DNA of 64,000 nucleotides from Candidatus Omnitrophota bacterium. GTDB lineage: Bacteria; Omnitrophota; Gorgyraeia; Zapsychrales; Zapsychraceae. The DNA lies in contig JACKFK010000004.1 of NCBI GenBank assembly GCA_020632515.1, positions 64,068-128,067 on the forward strand, written 5' to 3'. The stretch's first letter is position 1; each line of letters opens with the position of its first letter. The notes beneath the pieces were generated by a model, which was not told the DNA's origin, made no database searches, and saw only the letters and a list, made by a program, of their open reading frames with translations. Made by a program: the position numbers and the translations under genes. Of this stretch, positions 19,448 to 30,672 are shown one piece after another.

Positions 19448-22024
19448 ATGATGGTAAAGAAAGGTTCTCTTTTTCTAGTCGATGGCCACGCGCTTTGCTA
19501 CCGGTCTTTTTTCGCAATAAAGAATTTAACCAATAGTCAAGGACAGGCAACAAATGCCGTTTTTGGATTTATTCGAACCATGAAGACTATTGTCGATGTA
19601 TATCAGCCACAGTATTTAGCTGTTTGTTTTGATTCCAAAGAAAAGACGCGTCGGCAGGAAAAATTTGCGGAATATAAAATTCAACGACCAGTTATGCCGG
19701 ACGCGTTAATTAGTCAAATACCGATTATTAAAGAAGTGGTTGCTGCTTTTAATTGGGCGTCTTATGAATTAAGCGGATATGAGGCTGATGATATTATCGC
19801 CACGATTGCAACAAAGGCGGTTGAAGAAGATTTAGATGTTACCATTGTTAGTGATGATAAAGATATGTTTCAATTGGCGAGTAATAAAATTAATTTTTTA
19901 AGTCCTCGAGAAAACAAAATTTATGAATATCAGGATTTAAAAGAAAAATTAGGATTTGAACCGCAGCGGATCGTTGATTTTATCAGTCTTGCCGGAGATA
20001 AGAGCGATAATATCCCGGGTGTAGCTGGTATCGGGGCTGTGACAGCCCGTAAATTAATTAATGATTTTGGCGACCTTGATCAGATATATTCTTCCGTGGA
20101 TCAAATCAAACAAATAAAGGTTCAAGAAAGAATTCTACAACAAAAAGACTCTGCAGTCTTAAGCCGGGAATTGGCCTTTTTAGATAAACAAGTGCCAATC
20201 TGTTACTCGATAGATGATTTGCAATATCATGATCCTAATGGTCAGAAACTATACCAAATCTTCAAAGATTTAGAATTTCGACGCTTAGCAGAAGAATATG
20301 CAGATAAAGAAAAAGCTTTTTCTGTTAACGAAAAGCTTATAACAGCGCAAAAAGATATTGATGAGATTATTAAAAAAATTAAAGAAGAAAAGAGTTTTTC
20401 TTTTTTAATTCAGATTAATGAAGAAGAATTGTTTTCTGCTCCGGGTCACTTAATGATTTCTTTAGCGAATGATAATGTTTATGCTGTTTCTTTAGATAAA
20501 GCTGGTGAGTTTAGGAGCCTTTTTGAAGATCTTAATATATTAAAAATTACGCATAATTTTAAGGCTTTATTGAAAATTTTAGACGATCAAGGTATACAGG
20601 TGAAAGGACGTGTTTTTGATGTGGTCTTAGCAGCTTTCTTATTGGCGCCGTCACAATCTGGATATGCGATCAGTGATTTATCATGGCAATATCTGCAAAT
20701 ATCGTTGAGCGCAACAGATAAAATTGGACAAGAAACAGCGGTTTTGAGTAAATTATATAAAAAATTATTTGATGAATTGCAGAATAAATCCTTGCTTAAA
20801 CTTTTTCAGGATATTGAAATTCCATTAAGTTATGTTTTGTTTGATATTGAGAAACAAGGCGTGAAATTAGATGAAACTCTTTTAAAGAAACTTTCACAGG
20901 ATTGTCAGCATAGGATTAATGATTTATCTGGAAAGATTTATTCTATCGCAGGGCAAGAGTTTAATCTCAACTCACCGAAACAGCTTAGTCAGATATTATT
21001 TGAAAAATTAAAATTGCCGGTAATCAAGAAAACCAAGACAGGTTTTTCTACGAATGAAGAAGTTTTGAATGTTTTGGCTAAGGATCATGCTGTTCCAGCG
21101 TTAATCTTAGAATATCGACAATTGGCAAAGTTAAAGTCTACGTATATTGACGCTTTACCATTGCTGATCAATCCGCAGACTGGCCGCATCCATGCCGAGT
21201 TTAATCAGATTGGAACTGAAACCGGACGGTTGAGTTCTCGTCAGCCAAATTTACAGAATATTCCTATTCGTACGGAATTAGGCCGACAGATTCGTCGGGC
21301 GATTATTCCGTCAGATCAATCGCATATTATGATCGCGGCGGATTATTCACAGATTGAGTTGCGGATATTAGCGCATTTATCGCAAGATGAGAATTTAAAA
21401 AAAGCGTTCTTAACTAATCAAGATGTTCATCGGTATACAGCCTCTTTAATTTTTGACACGAAAGAAGATGAAGTTACGGGGCTTATGCGGGATACGGCTA
21501 AGCGAGTTAATTTTGGCATTATTTATGGGATGAGTTCATTTGGTTTGTCGAAAGATCTGAAAATTTCAGTGACAGAGGCCCAGGATTTTATCGATAAATA
21601 TTTTTTACGTTATCCGAAAGTTAAGCTGTTTATGGATTCGACAATTCGATCTTGCGAGGAAAATGGTTATGTTTTAACGTTATTAAATCGACGGCGTTAT
21701 CTTCCTGAAATAAATAGTGAGAATCAGGCGGTTCGGCAATTTGCTCAGCGTCAAGCAATCAATACGCCGGTCCAGGGATCAGCTGCGGATTTAATGAAAC
21801 TCGCCATGATTAACGTTTTTAAAGAATTAGAAAAGGTGAAATGTCAGACAAAAATGATTAGTACTGTCCATGATGAACTTGTCTTTGATGGCCCTAGAGA
21901 GGAACAGGATAAAGTTGTCGCAATTGTACGTAAACAGATGGAACATTCTATTGAATTGAGTGTGCCGATTATTGTTAGTATTAAATCAGGCATGAATTGG
22001 CTGGATATGAAGGAAATTGTTTAA
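19448..22024 (+). CDS. polA: DNA polymerase I
   Basis: 5' nuclease domain (DGHALCYRSFF, GYEADD), polymerase motif A DYSQIELR, motif B RRxAKxxNFGxxYG and motif C VHDE. Confidence 0.95.
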   Translation: MMVKKGSLFLVDGHALCYRSFFAIKNLTNSQGQATNAVFGFIRTMKTIVDVYQPQYLAVCFDSKEKTRRQEKFAEYKIQRPVMPDALISQIPIIKEVVAAFNWASYELSGYEADDIIATIATKAVEEDLDVTIVSDDKDMFQLASNKINFLSPRENKIYEYQDLKEKLGFEPQRIVDFISLAGDKSDNIPGVAGIGAVTARKLINDFGDLDQIYSSVDQIKQIKVQERILQQKDSAVLSRELAFLDKQVPICYSIDDLQYHDPNGQKLYQIFKDLEFRRLAEEYADKEKAFSVNEKLITAQKDIDEIIKKIKEEKSFSFLIQINEEELFSAPGHLMISLANDNVYAVSLDKAGEFRSLFEDLNILKITHNFKALLKILDDQGIQVKGRVFDVVLAAFLLAPSQSGYAISDLSWQYLQISLSATDKIGQETAVLSKLYKKLFDELQNKSLLKLFQDIEIPLSYVLFDIEKQGVKLDETLLKKLSQDCQHRINDLSGKIYSIAGQEFNLNSPKQLSQILFEKLKLPVIKKTKTGFSTNEEVLNVLAKDHAVPALILEYRQLAKLKSTYIDALPLLINPQTGRIHAEFNQIGTETGRLSSRQPNLQNIPIRTELGRQIRRAIIPSDQSHIMIAADYSQIELRILAHLSQDENLKKAFLTNQDVHRYTASLIFDTKEDEVTGLMRDTAKRVNFGIIYGMSSFGLSKDLKISVTEAQDFIDKYFLRYPKVKLFMDSTIRSCEENGYVLTLLNRRRYLPEINSENQAVRQFAQRQAINTPVQGSAADLMKLAMINVFKELEKVKCQTKMISTVHDELVFDGPREEQDKVVAIVRKQMEHSIELSVPIIVSIKSGMNWLDMKEIV

Positions 22025-22132
22025 TTAAAATATGTATCCGAAGGATATGTTCAAAACAATGTGTGGCGTTTTAAATTTTTAAACCTTTAGGATTTTTGAT
22101 TTTCTTGTTGGATTGGATGTAAATTTATATAT

Positions 22133-23545
22133 ATGAAAATTGCCTTTTGTGCGTCTGAAATTTTCCCTTTAGCTAAAACCGGAGGCTTAGCTGATGTGGC
22201 GGGTGCTCTGCCGATTGCCTTAAGCGAATTGGGAATTGAAGTTGCGTTATTCATGCCGCGGTATCAGTCTCTGGAAGGAGATATTCAATCGGCGGGTATC
22301 AGTGGTCTTAATTTGAGTAAAACAACCATCGGCCGGAATTTAAATGTTTATTTAATTGAGCATCGAAGTTTTTCTTCCCGAGCAGGATTGTACGGCAATG
22401 AAAAGGGTGATTACAAAGATAATTTTAAACGCTTTGGTTATTATAGTTATCAAACGTTAAATGTTTTAGAAAAAATTGGATTCCAGCCGGATATTATTCA
22501 TTGTCATGATTGGCATACCGCGTTAATTCCGGTTATATTAAAACGATTATTCAGGCAAAAGAAATTTTATACACACATAAAAACCTTGTTTACGATTCAT
22601 AATCTGGCATATCAAGGACTTTTTGAACAGGCGCAAGACGTGAATGCCCAAGTAAAAAAGAAGTTTTTTGACAATCATGAGTTTGAATTTTATCACAAAG
22701 TAAATTTCTTAAAGGCCGCGATTATTAATAGCGATTATATTTCTACCGTCAGCCCTGCTTACGCGAAGGAGATATTACGTTATGAGTATGGTTGTGGGTT
22801 GGAAGGGGTTCTTTATAACCGGAAAGATCATCTTACAGGGATCCTCAACGGTATTGATTATCAAGTTTGGAACCCAAAAACAGATACGATGATTTCAGTG
22901 CCGTATTCTGCTAAAGATGTTCTTGAGAAAAAAACAGTTAATAAGGAATTTCTACAGAGGGAAGTTAAGTTGCCATTAAATAAGAAAGTCCCTTTATTTG
23001 GTTTTGTTGGTCGGATTTCGCATCAAAAAGGCATTGATTTAATTCTAGAATCTTTTCCTGAGTTACTAAAATTGAATGCGCAATGGGTTATTCAAGGAAT
23101 TGGCAATGAGCATTATTATAAACCTTTAAAAGAATGGGCTAAGAAATATCCAGATAAAGTGGCGGTTCGGCTTGCTTTTGACGAGCATTTGGCCCATGAA
23201 ATTTACGCTGGAGCGGATATGCTTCTGATGCCGTCAAACTATGAACCTTGCGGATTAAGTCAAATGATAAGTATGCGCTATGGTACGGTGCCGGTTGTTT
23301 TTAAAACAGGGGGATTGGCAGATACAGTGATCGATATTGAGCATAACAGTAGTAAAGCCAATGGATTTATGTTTAGTAGTTATAATAAAAAAGATTTTGT
23401 TAACACTTTAGAATTTGCGATCAAGAGTTATCAGCAAAAAAAGGTGTTTCCAAAACTTATTAAAAACGGGATGAATTGTAATTTTTCTTGGAAAGAATCA
23501 GCTAAACGGTATCAAGAACTTTATCAATGTTTATTATCGGAGTAA
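22133..23545 (+). CDS. glgA: Glycogen/starch synthase (ADP-glucose type)
   Basis: E.FPLAKTGGLADV N-terminal motif, HCHDWHTAL, and the GT5 C-terminal PSNYEPCGLSQM. Confidence 0.9.
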   Translation: MKIAFCASEIFPLAKTGGLADVAGALPIALSELGIEVALFMPRYQSLEGDIQSAGISGLNLSKTTIGRNLNVYLIEHRSFSSRAGLYGNEKGDYKDNFKRFGYYSYQTLNVLEKIGFQPDIIHCHDWHTALIPVILKRLFRQKKFYTHIKTLFTIHNLAYQGLFEQAQDVNAQVKKKFFDNHEFEFYHKVNFLKAAIINSDYISTVSPAYAKEILRYEYGCGLEGVLYNRKDHLTGILNGIDYQVWNPKTDTMISVPYSAKDVLEKKTVNKEFLQREVKLPLNKKVPLFGFVGRISHQKGIDLILESFPELLKLNAQWVIQGIGNEHYYKPLKEWAKKYPDKVAVRLAFDEHLAHEIYAGADMLLMPSNYEPCGLSQMISMRYGTVPVVFKTGGLADTVIDIEHNSSKANGFMFSSYNKKDFVNTLEFAIKSYQQKKVFPKLIKNGMNCNFSWKESAKRYQELYQCLLSE

Positions 23546-24132
23546 CAGGAAGTCTTAAGACAGGGAAATCCACGGTCTCGGCGTTGTTTGCCGAGTTGGG
23601 CGTGAAGGTTTTGGATGCGGATAAGATTGTGCATAGGCTTCTTAACAATAATAAAGAATGCTCTCATAAAATAATCCGAGAATTCGGCGACGATATAGGC
23701 GTAAAAGGAAAAATTGAGCGAAGAAAATTAGCTGAGATTGTATTTAAGGACGTAAAGAAGTTACGAAGACTTGAAAAAATAATTCATCCTTTTGTGCGTA
23801 AAGAAATAATTGAAAGAATTAAATTTTATCAAAAACAACAAAGAGTCAAGGCTGTAGTATTAGATGTGCCTTTGCTTTTTGAATCAAAATTAAAAAAGGA
23901 GGTCGATTATACGGTTGTTGTAAAGGCAACCCAGAAAGAACAAATTAAGCGAGCCGGAAAACAACGGCAAATATCCCAGGCAGATGCGTTACGTCGGATT
24001 AGACAGCAGATGCCTCTTAAAGAAAAAGTCCGAAGGGCGGACTTTGTTATAGATAATAGTGGAACAAAAACAAAATTAAAAAAACAGGTGGTTGATATAT
24101 GGCAAAAAATGTTACAAATGGAAAAAAAATAA
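23527..24132 (+). CDS. coaE: Dephospho-CoA kinase
   Basis: [14 protein letters not shown]-loop, IHP and DVPLLFE motifs. Confidence 0.88.
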   Translation: MFIIGVTGSLKTGKSTVSALFAELGVKVLDADKIVHRLLNNNKECSHKIIREFGDDIGVKGKIERRKLAEIVFKDVKKLRRLEKIIHPFVRKEIIERIKFYQKQQRVKAVVLDVPLLFESKLKKEVDYTVVVKATQKEQIKRAGKQRQISQADALRRIRQQMPLKEKVRRADFVIDNSGTKTKLKKQVVDIWQKMLQMEKK

Positions 24133-25469
24133 ACGATTCTGCAAAATCAAGTGAACGATCTGCGCCGCGTGATAGATCTAACATGACAAAAGATCTTCAA
24201 CCCATGGATGAGAATTACATGGATATTACAAAACTTAAAGACATGAAAATGTCGGAGTTAAGTAAATTCGCTAAAGAGATGGGGATTAATGGTATCAGTA
24301 GTATCCGCAAACAGGATTTGATTTTTAAAATTCTACAAGCCCAGGCTGAAAAAGCGGGGTTAATGTTTGGCGAAGGAACTTTAGAAATTCTATCGGAAGG
24401 GTTTGGTTTCTTAAGAAGCACAAATTATAATTATTTACCTTGTCCGGATGATATTTATATTTCTCCGTCACAAATCCGTCGATTTGATCTTAAAACAGGA
24501 GATAGCGTCAGTGGTCATATCCGTCCGCCGAAAGAAGGTGAGAAATATTTTGCCCTGCTTAAAGTGGAAGCGGTGAATTTTGAAAATCCTGAAAATTGTA
24601 AGGATAAGATTTTCTTTGATAACCTTACGCCGTTATATCCAAAAGAACGTATTCTCTTAGAAACAGAGTCTAAAGAAGTTTCAACACGTATTATGGATCT
24701 TCTGACGCCTTTAGGTAAAGGTCAACGGGCTTTAATTGTGGCGCCACCATATAGTGGTAAAACAGTTTTACTGCAAAAAGTAGCCAATTCCATGATGCAG
24801 AATAATCCTGATATTATTCTGATTGTTCTGTTAATTGATGAACGTCCAGAAGAAGTTACTGACATGCAGCGCAGTGTAAAGGGCGAAGTTATTTCTTCTA
24901 CATTTGACGAACCAGCGGAACGACACGTTCAGATTGCGGAAATGGTTTTAGAAAAGGCCAAGCGTTTAGTTGAGCATAAGCGTGACGTGGTTATTCTGCT
25001 TGATAGTATAACGCGCCTGGCACGGGCCTATAATACAGTTGTGCCTCATAGTGGAAAAATCCTCTCGGGTGGGGTAGATTCTAATGCCTTACATAAACCA
25101 AAGCGTTTTTTTGGTGCGGCTCGGGCGGTTGAAGAAGGGGGCAGTTTAACGGTTATTGCTACCGCATTAGTTGATACCGGCAGCCGTATGGATGAAGTCA
25201 TTTTTGAAGAGTTTAAAGGAACAGGTAACATGGAGTTGCAGTTGGACCGGAATTTATTTCAACGGCGGATCTATCCGGCTATTGATATTAAACGTTCCAA
25301 TACGCGTCATGAGGAATATTTGTTGCCTGAGAACGACTTGCAAAGAATCTGGCTCTTGCGTAAAGCGATTAGTGATCTTAACTCTGCAGAAGCCATGGAA
25401 TTATTAATTTCTAAGGTTGGAAAGTATAAGACGAATCGTGAATTTCTGGATAATTTAGGAAATTCATAG
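24099..25469 (+). CDS. rho: Transcription termination factor Rho
   Basis: N-terminal SAP-like helix, cold-shock/OB RNA-binding domain (GFGFLR), Walker A PPYSGKT and the RecA-like core. The true start may be a downstream ATG (24183, 24204 or 24219). Confidence 0.92.
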   Translation: MAKNVTNGKKINDSAKSSERSAPRDRSNMTKDLQPMDENYMDITKLKDMKMSELSKFAKEMGINGISSIRKQDLIFKILQAQAEKAGLMFGEGTLEILSEGFGFLRSTNYNYLPCPDDIYISPSQIRRFDLKTGDSVSGHIRPPKEGEKYFALLKVEAVNFENPENCKDKIFFDNLTPLYPKERILLETESKEVSTRIMDLLTPLGKGQRALIVAPPYSGKTVLLQKVANSMMQNNPDIILIVLLIDERPEEVTDMQRSVKGEVISSTFDEPAERHVQIAEMVLEKAKRLVEHKRDVVILLDSITRLARAYNTVVPHSGKILSGGVDSNALHKPKRFFGAARAVEEGGSLTVIATALVDTGSRMDEVIFEEFKGTGNMELQLDRNLFQRRIYPAIDIKRSNTRHEEYLLPENDLQRIWLLRKAISDLNSAEAMELLISKVGKYKTNREFLDNLGNS

Positions 25470-25619
25470 GTTTAGTTAATCGATTAATCATTTTTTGTGA
25501 AAAAGACTGATTTTTTTCTATATTTTCTTCCATAAAAGATCTGATTGTCTAAACAGAAATTTATGCTATAATTTAGACTTTCTTAAGCAAAAAATTAATC
25601 CAAAAGTGAGGGAATTAAA

Positions 25620-25823
25620 ATGAAAACAGGAATTCATCCTGAATATAAACAGACGACCATTTCATGCGCCTGTGGGAATGTGATTCATACACGTTCAACA
25701 GTTCAAAATATCCGCGTTGAAATTTGTTCGGCTTGTCATCCGTTTTTCACCGGAGATAAGAAATTTGTTGATACCGCCGGACGTATAGAGCGATTCCAGA
25801 AGCGATATAAAAAGAACAAGTAA
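25620..25823 (+). CDS. rpmE: 50S ribosomal protein L31 (Cys-containing, Zn-type)
   Basis: [12 protein letters not shown] and CS.CHPFFTG motifs. RBS GAGGGA upstream. Confidence 0.93.
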   Translation: MKTGIHPEYKQTTISCACGNVIHTRSTVQNIRVEICSACHPFFTGDKKFVDTAGRIERFQKRYKKNK

Positions 25824-25828
25824 ACAAC

Positions 25829-26887
25829 ATGCTTGAAAAACTGCAAAAGGCGCAAGAGCGCTTTTGTGAACTGGAAAAACTGTTAGCAGATCCCGAGGTC
25901 ATTTCCGATTCTCAACAATATAAAAAGCTTGCCAAAGAATATGCGGATATTACCCCGCAAGTGCAGAAATTCCGTGAATATAATGAGCTTCGTAAACAAG
26001 AAGAGGATTTGAAAACTCTGCTTGTTGAGAAGCATGATGCGGAATTTGAAGAGTTAGCACAAAGTGAGTTAGAAGATCTTAAGAATAAACAGGAAAATCT
26101 TCTAAAACATCTCAACGATATTGTTAACCCCAAAAAATCGGAAGCAGATAAAGATTTAATCATTGAAATTCGTGCTGGTACTGGCGGACAGGAGGCGAGT
26201 CTCTTTGCGGCAGATCTTTATCGTATGTATACTAAGTATGCTGATCAAAAAGGTTGGAAAATTGAACCTATCAGCAGCCATGAGTCAGATACTGGAGGAT
26301 TAAAGGAAGTTATTTTCAGTGTCTCTGGCAAAGAAGCTTCAAAACGGTTAAAATGGGAAAGCGGCGGACACCGAGTGCAGCGAGTTCCTACCACGGAAGC
26401 ATCCGGTCGAATTCATACTTCAGCGGCAACTGTCGCTATATTGTTTGAACCGGAAGAAGTCGAAATTAATATTGATCCTAAAGATTTAAAGATTGACGTA
26501 TTCCGTTCCTCTGGGCCGGGTGGACAGAGTGTTAATACTACAGATTCAGCCATTCGTATTACGCATCTTCCAACAGGCATGGTGGTAATTTGTCAGGATG
26601 AACGATCACAATTAAAAAATAAAGCCAAAGCAATGCGAGTTTTACGCGCTCGTTTATTAGATAAGATTCATCAGGAAAATTTTGAGAAAACATCGCAAGA
26701 TCGAAAATTGAAAGTAGGTTCTGGTGACCGTAGTGAAAAAATCAGAACGTATAATTTTCCAGATCGAAGAATAACAGATCACCGGATAGGTTTTACTACT
26801 TATAAACTGAGTAATGTGTTAGATGGTGATTTGGATGAATTGACGGAAGCGTTAATTAAAGCGGAAGAAGAGGAAAAGGCTTCATGA
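25829..26887 (+). CDS. prfA: Peptide chain release factor 1
   Basis: PTT tripeptide anticodon region ([14 protein letters not shown]) and the GGQ motif ([14 protein letters not shown]). Confidence 0.95.
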   Translation: MLEKLQKAQERFCELEKLLADPEVISDSQQYKKLAKEYADITPQVQKFREYNELRKQEEDLKTLLVEKHDAEFEELAQSELEDLKNKQENLLKHLNDIVNPKKSEADKDLIIEIRAGTGGQEASLFAADLYRMYTKYADQKGWKIEPISSHESDTGGLKEVIFSVSGKEASKRLKWESGGHRVQRVPTTEASGRIHTSAATVAILFEPEEVEINIDPKDLKIDVFRSSGPGGQSVNTTDSAIRITHLPTGMVVICQDERSQLKNKAKAMRVLRARLLDKIHQENFEKTSQDRKLKVGSGDRSEKIRTYNFPDRRITDHRIGFTTYKLSNVLDGDLDELTEALIKAEEEEKAS

Positions 26888-27717
26888 CTGAAGATGAGCA
26901 AATGTTGACATCTATTTTAGATTGTCGTCGGATTGATTTATTTGTGGATAAAAAGGCGTTAACGGATCAGCAAGAATCCGTTTATAATCTAATGCGTCAG
27001 CGGCGAAATAATGGAGAGCCTTTACAATATATTCTTGGTCACTGTGAATTTATGGGGTTGAAATTAAAAGTCGATACACGGGTGTTAATTCCCCGACCAG
27101 AGACTGAAATTATGGTGGATGAAGTTCTTAAGCGATTACACCAAATGAAGTATAAACGCAAACTTAAGATATTAGATATTGGCACCGGATCAGGAAATAT
27201 CGCGATAGCCTTGGCTAAATTTTATGATTTATGTCACATTACCGCGATTGATCAATCCGAAGAAGCTGTTAATTTAGCACGAGAAAATGCAAATACTCAT
27301 GCGTGTGCGGATAAGATTGAATTTCACCATCAGAATATGACCAGCTTCTTTTTTGATCAAATTAATAATCGGCAGCGTTACGATGTCGTTATTTCTAACC
27401 CCCCATATATTAAAACCAAAGACCTTAAAGACCTTCCTGCGGATGTTCAATATGAACCGAAACAGGCTCTAGACGGTGGCGAAGATGGGTTGGATTTTTT
27501 TAAATTTATCGTCGAATATAGCCAATTATTATTAAACTCTAACGGTTTAGTTATGTTAGAATGCGGCGATGACCAAGCCCCAATAATCGGACGTATGTTT
27601 AAGCTTTTTCCTCGTTATTACGACTTAGAAATTATTAAAGACTATACGCAAACCGAACGGATAGTGGCCTCTAAATTTTCTTACAAAACAGAATATAATT
27701 CTTTAGGTATTAAATAA
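26884..27717 (+). CDS. prmC: Release factor glutamine N5-methyltransferase
   Basis: [14 protein letters not shown]-binding motif and the NPPY catalytic motif. Overlaps the prfA stop codon. Confidence 0.88.
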   Translation: MTEDEQMLTSILDCRRIDLFVDKKALTDQQESVYNLMRQRRNNGEPLQYILGHCEFMGLKLKVDTRVLIPRPETEIMVDEVLKRLHQMKYKRKLKILDIGTGSGNIAIALAKFYDLCHITAIDQSEEAVNLARENANTHACADKIEFHHQNMTSFFFDQINNRQRYDVVISNPPYIKTKDLKDLPADVQYEPKQALDGGEDGLDFFKFIVEYSQLLLNSNGLVMLECGDDQAPIIGRMFKLFPRYYDLEIIKDYTQTERIVASKFSYKTEYNSLGIK

Positions 27718-27718
27718 A

Positions 27719-28981
27719 ATGGAAAAACTTGTTATTGAAGGCGGCAAATCTTTAAAAGGCGAGGTTTATATCAGCGGTTCTAAGAATTCCGCTTTGCCGA
27801 TTATGGCCGCCACATTGTTGACCGATGAACCATGTACTTTAGTTAATGTCCCGGCATTACGGGATACAAAAACTATGGGTAAGTTGTTGGTATCTTTAGG
27901 AAAAAAAGTAGAATTTAAGGACAATACTGTTGTTATATCGAATAGTGAAAAAATATCGCATATAGCTGAGTATGATTTGGTTTCTACCATGCGCGGATCT
28001 TTTTGTGTTTTAGGTCCTCTTCTTGCGAAACTAAATAAAGCAAAAGTTTCTCTGCCGGGAGGGTGTGTTATTGGGGTTCGTCCTGTTGATATTCATTTAA
28101 AAGGATTAAAGGCTCTGGGAGCTAAGATTGATATTGAAAATGGTTATGTTCTTGCGCATTGTAAACAATTAAAAGGAACGCAAATTTATTTGGGCGGGAT
28201 ATTTGGTTCTTCCGTATTGGCTACGGCGAATATTTTGATGGCGGCGGTATTAGCGCAAGGCAAAACGTATATTGAATCCGCGGCCTGTGAACCGGAAATT
28301 GAAGATTTAGCGAATATGTTAATCGCTATGGGTGCAGATATTCAAGGCCATGGAAGTCCGCGGATTGTGGTCAAGGGTGTCAAGAAACTGCGTGGCGTAA
28401 AATATCGGGTGATTCCCGACCGAATCGAAGCAGGAACCTATATCTTATTGGCAGCTGTAACAAACAGTGATATAACAATTAAAAATGCAGAGTATTCGCA
28501 TTTATTTTCATTGATTGATGCTTTGGCTCAAGTTGGCATCAAAGTAAAGAAAACGAAAACAGGAATGAAGATTATTAAAAAGCATAAATTGCAGCCAGTT
28601 AGTTTAACAACGTTACCTTATCCAGGTTTTCCAACGGATTTACAAGCGCAGTTTCTTACATTAATGGCGATGACGCCAGGGGTGAGTGTGATTACTGAGA
28701 AAGTTTATCCTGATCGGTTTATTCATATCGCGGAATTAAATCGTATGGGAGCTAATATCCGTCGGGAAGGTGCAAATTCTATTGTGCAGGGTGTGAAATC
28801 TCTAATAGGTGCGCCGGTGATGGCTTCGGATTTACGTGCTTCGGCAGCACTTGTTATGGCCGGATTAGCGGCCAAAGGTAAGACGGAGATTCACCGCATT
28901 TATCATCTCGAACGAGGGTATGAAAGTTTAGATGAAAAGCTTTTAGCGTTAGGCGCAAAGGTATATAGAGAAGATAATTAG
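27719..28981 (+). CDS. murA: UDP-N-acetylglucosamine 1-carboxyvinyltransferase
   Basis: ISGSKNSALPI, the active-site loop LPGGCVIG, GFPTDLQAQ and the C-terminal HLERGYE. Confidence 0.95.
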   Translation: MEKLVIEGGKSLKGEVYISGSKNSALPIMAATLLTDEPCTLVNVPALRDTKTMGKLLVSLGKKVEFKDNTVVISNSEKISHIAEYDLVSTMRGSFCVLGPLLAKLNKAKVSLPGGCVIGVRPVDIHLKGLKALGAKIDIENGYVLAHCKQLKGTQIYLGGIFGSSVLATANILMAAVLAQGKTYIESAACEPEIEDLANMLIAMGADIQGHGSPRIVVKGVKKLRGVKYRVIPDRIEAGTYILLAAVTNSDITIKNAEYSHLFSLIDALAQVGIKVKKTKTGMKIIKKHKLQPVSLTTLPYPGFPTDLQAQFLTLMAMTPGVSVITEKVYPDRFIHIAELNRMGANIRREGANSIVQGVKSLIGAPVMASDLRASAALVMAGLAAKGKTEIHRIYHLERGYESLDEKLLALGAKVYREDN

Positions 28982-29024
28982 TATAGACTCGACTTTAATC
29001 GAAACAGGGTTTCGGAAATAAAAT

Positions 29025-29588
29025 ATGATATTAATGATTGATAACTATGATTCATTTACCTATAACCTTGTTCAGTATTTTGGAGAACTGGGGGCGGATT
29101 TAAGAGTGTTTCGTAATGACGCTTTGACGATTGAGGATATTAGAGAAAGTAATCCAGAGAAAATTGTTATTTCGCCCGGGCCTGGTCGGCCGGAAAGCGC
29201 AGGGATTTCCGTTGAAATTATTAAAGAATTTAAAGGGAAGATTCCTATTTTTGGAGTTTGTTTAGGGCATCAATGCATCGGGTATGCGCATGGTGCTGAA
29301 ATTGTTCAAGCAAAAAAATTAATGCACGGGAAAACATCGCAAATTCGACATAATGGTCAGGGGCTTTATAAAGATATTGAGAATCCATTTGAAGCCACAA
29401 GATATCATTCGTTGGTTATCAAACCTGAGACATTATCCGGGGAATTTGAAATCACAGCGCGATCAGACGATGGTGAGATTATGGGGATTTGTCATAAGAG
29501 TTTACCGCTTTGGGGTGTGCAGTATCATCCGGAATCTATTTTGACCAAAGCTGGGAAAAAGATTTTAGATAATTTTCTAAAAATGTAA
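29025..29588 (+). CDS. trpG: Anthranilate (or aminodeoxychorismate) synthase glutamine amidotransferase component
   Basis: IDNYDSFTYNL, GVCLGHQ catalytic Cys, and GVQYHPES. Confidence 0.88.
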   Translation: MILMIDNYDSFTYNLVQYFGELGADLRVFRNDALTIEDIRESNPEKIVISPGPGRPESAGISVEIIKEFKGKIPIFGVCLGHQCIGYAHGAEIVQAKKLMHGKTSQIRHNGQGLYKDIENPFEATRYHSLVIKPETLSGEFEITARSDDGEIMGICHKSLPLWGVQYHPESILTKAGKKILDNFLKM

Positions 29589-29639
29589 TATAAACCATAA
29601 ACAAACCTCCGAGGTTTGTTTACGGTTTTAAAGGGTGTT

Positions 29640-30665
29640 ATGCAGGCATTCATCGATAAGATTAAAAATAAGGAAAATCTAACACAGGATGAAATCCAAC
29701 AAGTTATGCGCGAGATTATGTCAGGCGCGGCGAAAGAGTTGCAGATTCGGGATTTATTGTTGGCTTTACGTGAAAAAGGTCCGACGGTAGATGAGATCAC
29801 CGGAGCAGCCAAGATTATGCGACAATTTGTGGTTGGTGTTAAGACCAAACATAAAACTGTTCTGGATACTTGCGGAACCGGCGGGGATAAGAAAAACACT
29901 TTTAACATCTCGACAATTACCGCCTTTGTTGTGGCGGGAGCTGGGGTTGTTGTCGCTAAGCATGGCAACCGTTCGGTTTCAAGCAAGTGCGGTAGCGCGT
30001 GTGTCTTGGAAGGCTTAGGTATTAACTTAAATGTAGAGGATAAACATTTGACCGAATGTCTGGATAAAATTGGGATCGCGTTTTTATTCGCGCAGAAATT
30101 ACATCCGGCGATGAAAAATGTCGCGCCGGTACGCAAGAGTCTGCAGGTGGAAACAATTTTTAATGTTTTAGGGCCTTTAACGAATCCAGCGAATGCTACG
30201 CATCAGGTGATGGGTGTTTATAGCCGGGATCTGGTCGAACCGCTGGCGCATGTTCTTAAGAACTTAGGTCTTAAGCGCGCTTTGGTGGTGCATGGCAGTG
30301 ATGGATTAGATGAGATTACCACAACCGGTAAAACATTTATCAGTGAATATGATGGTAAAGGCATTGTTTCCTATGACATCAATCCACAGGAATTAGGGCT
30401 TGCCTTAGCGCAGCCGGACGATTTGGCCGGGGGGAGTCTTGAAGAAAATATACAAATCTTTAAAGATATTTTAGACGGGCAAAAAGGGCCGAAGCGAGAT
30501 ATTGTGTTACTCAATGCTGCTTATGCGCTTTATACTGCGCAAAAGGCGGATAACATCAATGAATGTTTAAAGATTGCTCAAGATTCTATTGATACTAAAA
30601 AGGCTAAAGCAAAGTTAGAGGCCTTAATAAAATTGACTAACAAATATTCATTTCCTCGCCAGTAG
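29640..30665 (+). CDS. trpD: Anthranilate phosphoribosyltransferase
   Basis: DTCGTGGDKKNTFNIST, AKHGNRSVSSKCGSA and HPAMK motifs. The ATG at 29640 is preferred over the upstream TTG. Confidence 0.9.
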   Translation: MQAFIDKIKNKENLTQDEIQQVMREIMSGAAKELQIRDLLLALREKGPTVDEITGAAKIMRQFVVGVKTKHKTVLDTCGTGGDKKNTFNISTITAFVVAGAGVVVAKHGNRSVSSKCGSACVLEGLGINLNVEDKHLTECLDKIGIAFLFAQKLHPAMKNVAPVRKSLQVETIFNVLGPLTNPANATHQVMGVYSRDLVEPLAHVLKNLGLKRALVVHGSDGLDEITTTGKTFISEYDGKGIVSYDINPQELGLALAQPDDLAGGSLEENIQIFKDILDGQKGPKRDIVLLNAAYALYTAQKADNINECLKIAQDSIDTKKAKAKLEALIKLTNKYSFPRQ

Positions 30666-30672
30666 AATAATC

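Noticed and set aside
20350-20760. Loss of the 3'-5' exonuclease motifs in PolA (no DxE Exo I; the Exo II region reads HNFKALL)
   Set aside because: Exonuclease-inactive Pol I proofreading domains are widespread (for example the Taq and Bst types), so this is not unusual.
25015-25035. TGGCAC hexamer (ctggcacgggcctataat) that might be a second sigma-54 promoter
   Set aside because: It lies inside the rho coding sequence and lacks a TTGC element at the -12 spacing.
25476-25487. Perfect 12-bp palindrome TTAATCGATTAA followed by a T-run after rho
   Set aside because: As an RNA hairpin it would have only 4-5 AU-rich base pairs. It is at best a very weak terminator, or simply an AT-rich palindrome. 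It is not supportable as a feature.
29525-30136. 203-aa ORF on the minus strand
   Set aside because: It is entirely antisense to the well-supported trpD (and the end of trpG), has no RBS and resembles no known family. It is a typical shadow ORF in a locally GC-richer gene. The same reasoning applies to 3834..4289 (antisense to the Lys-rich infB N-terminus), 33473..33892 (antisense to the M20 peptidase) and 41448..41903.
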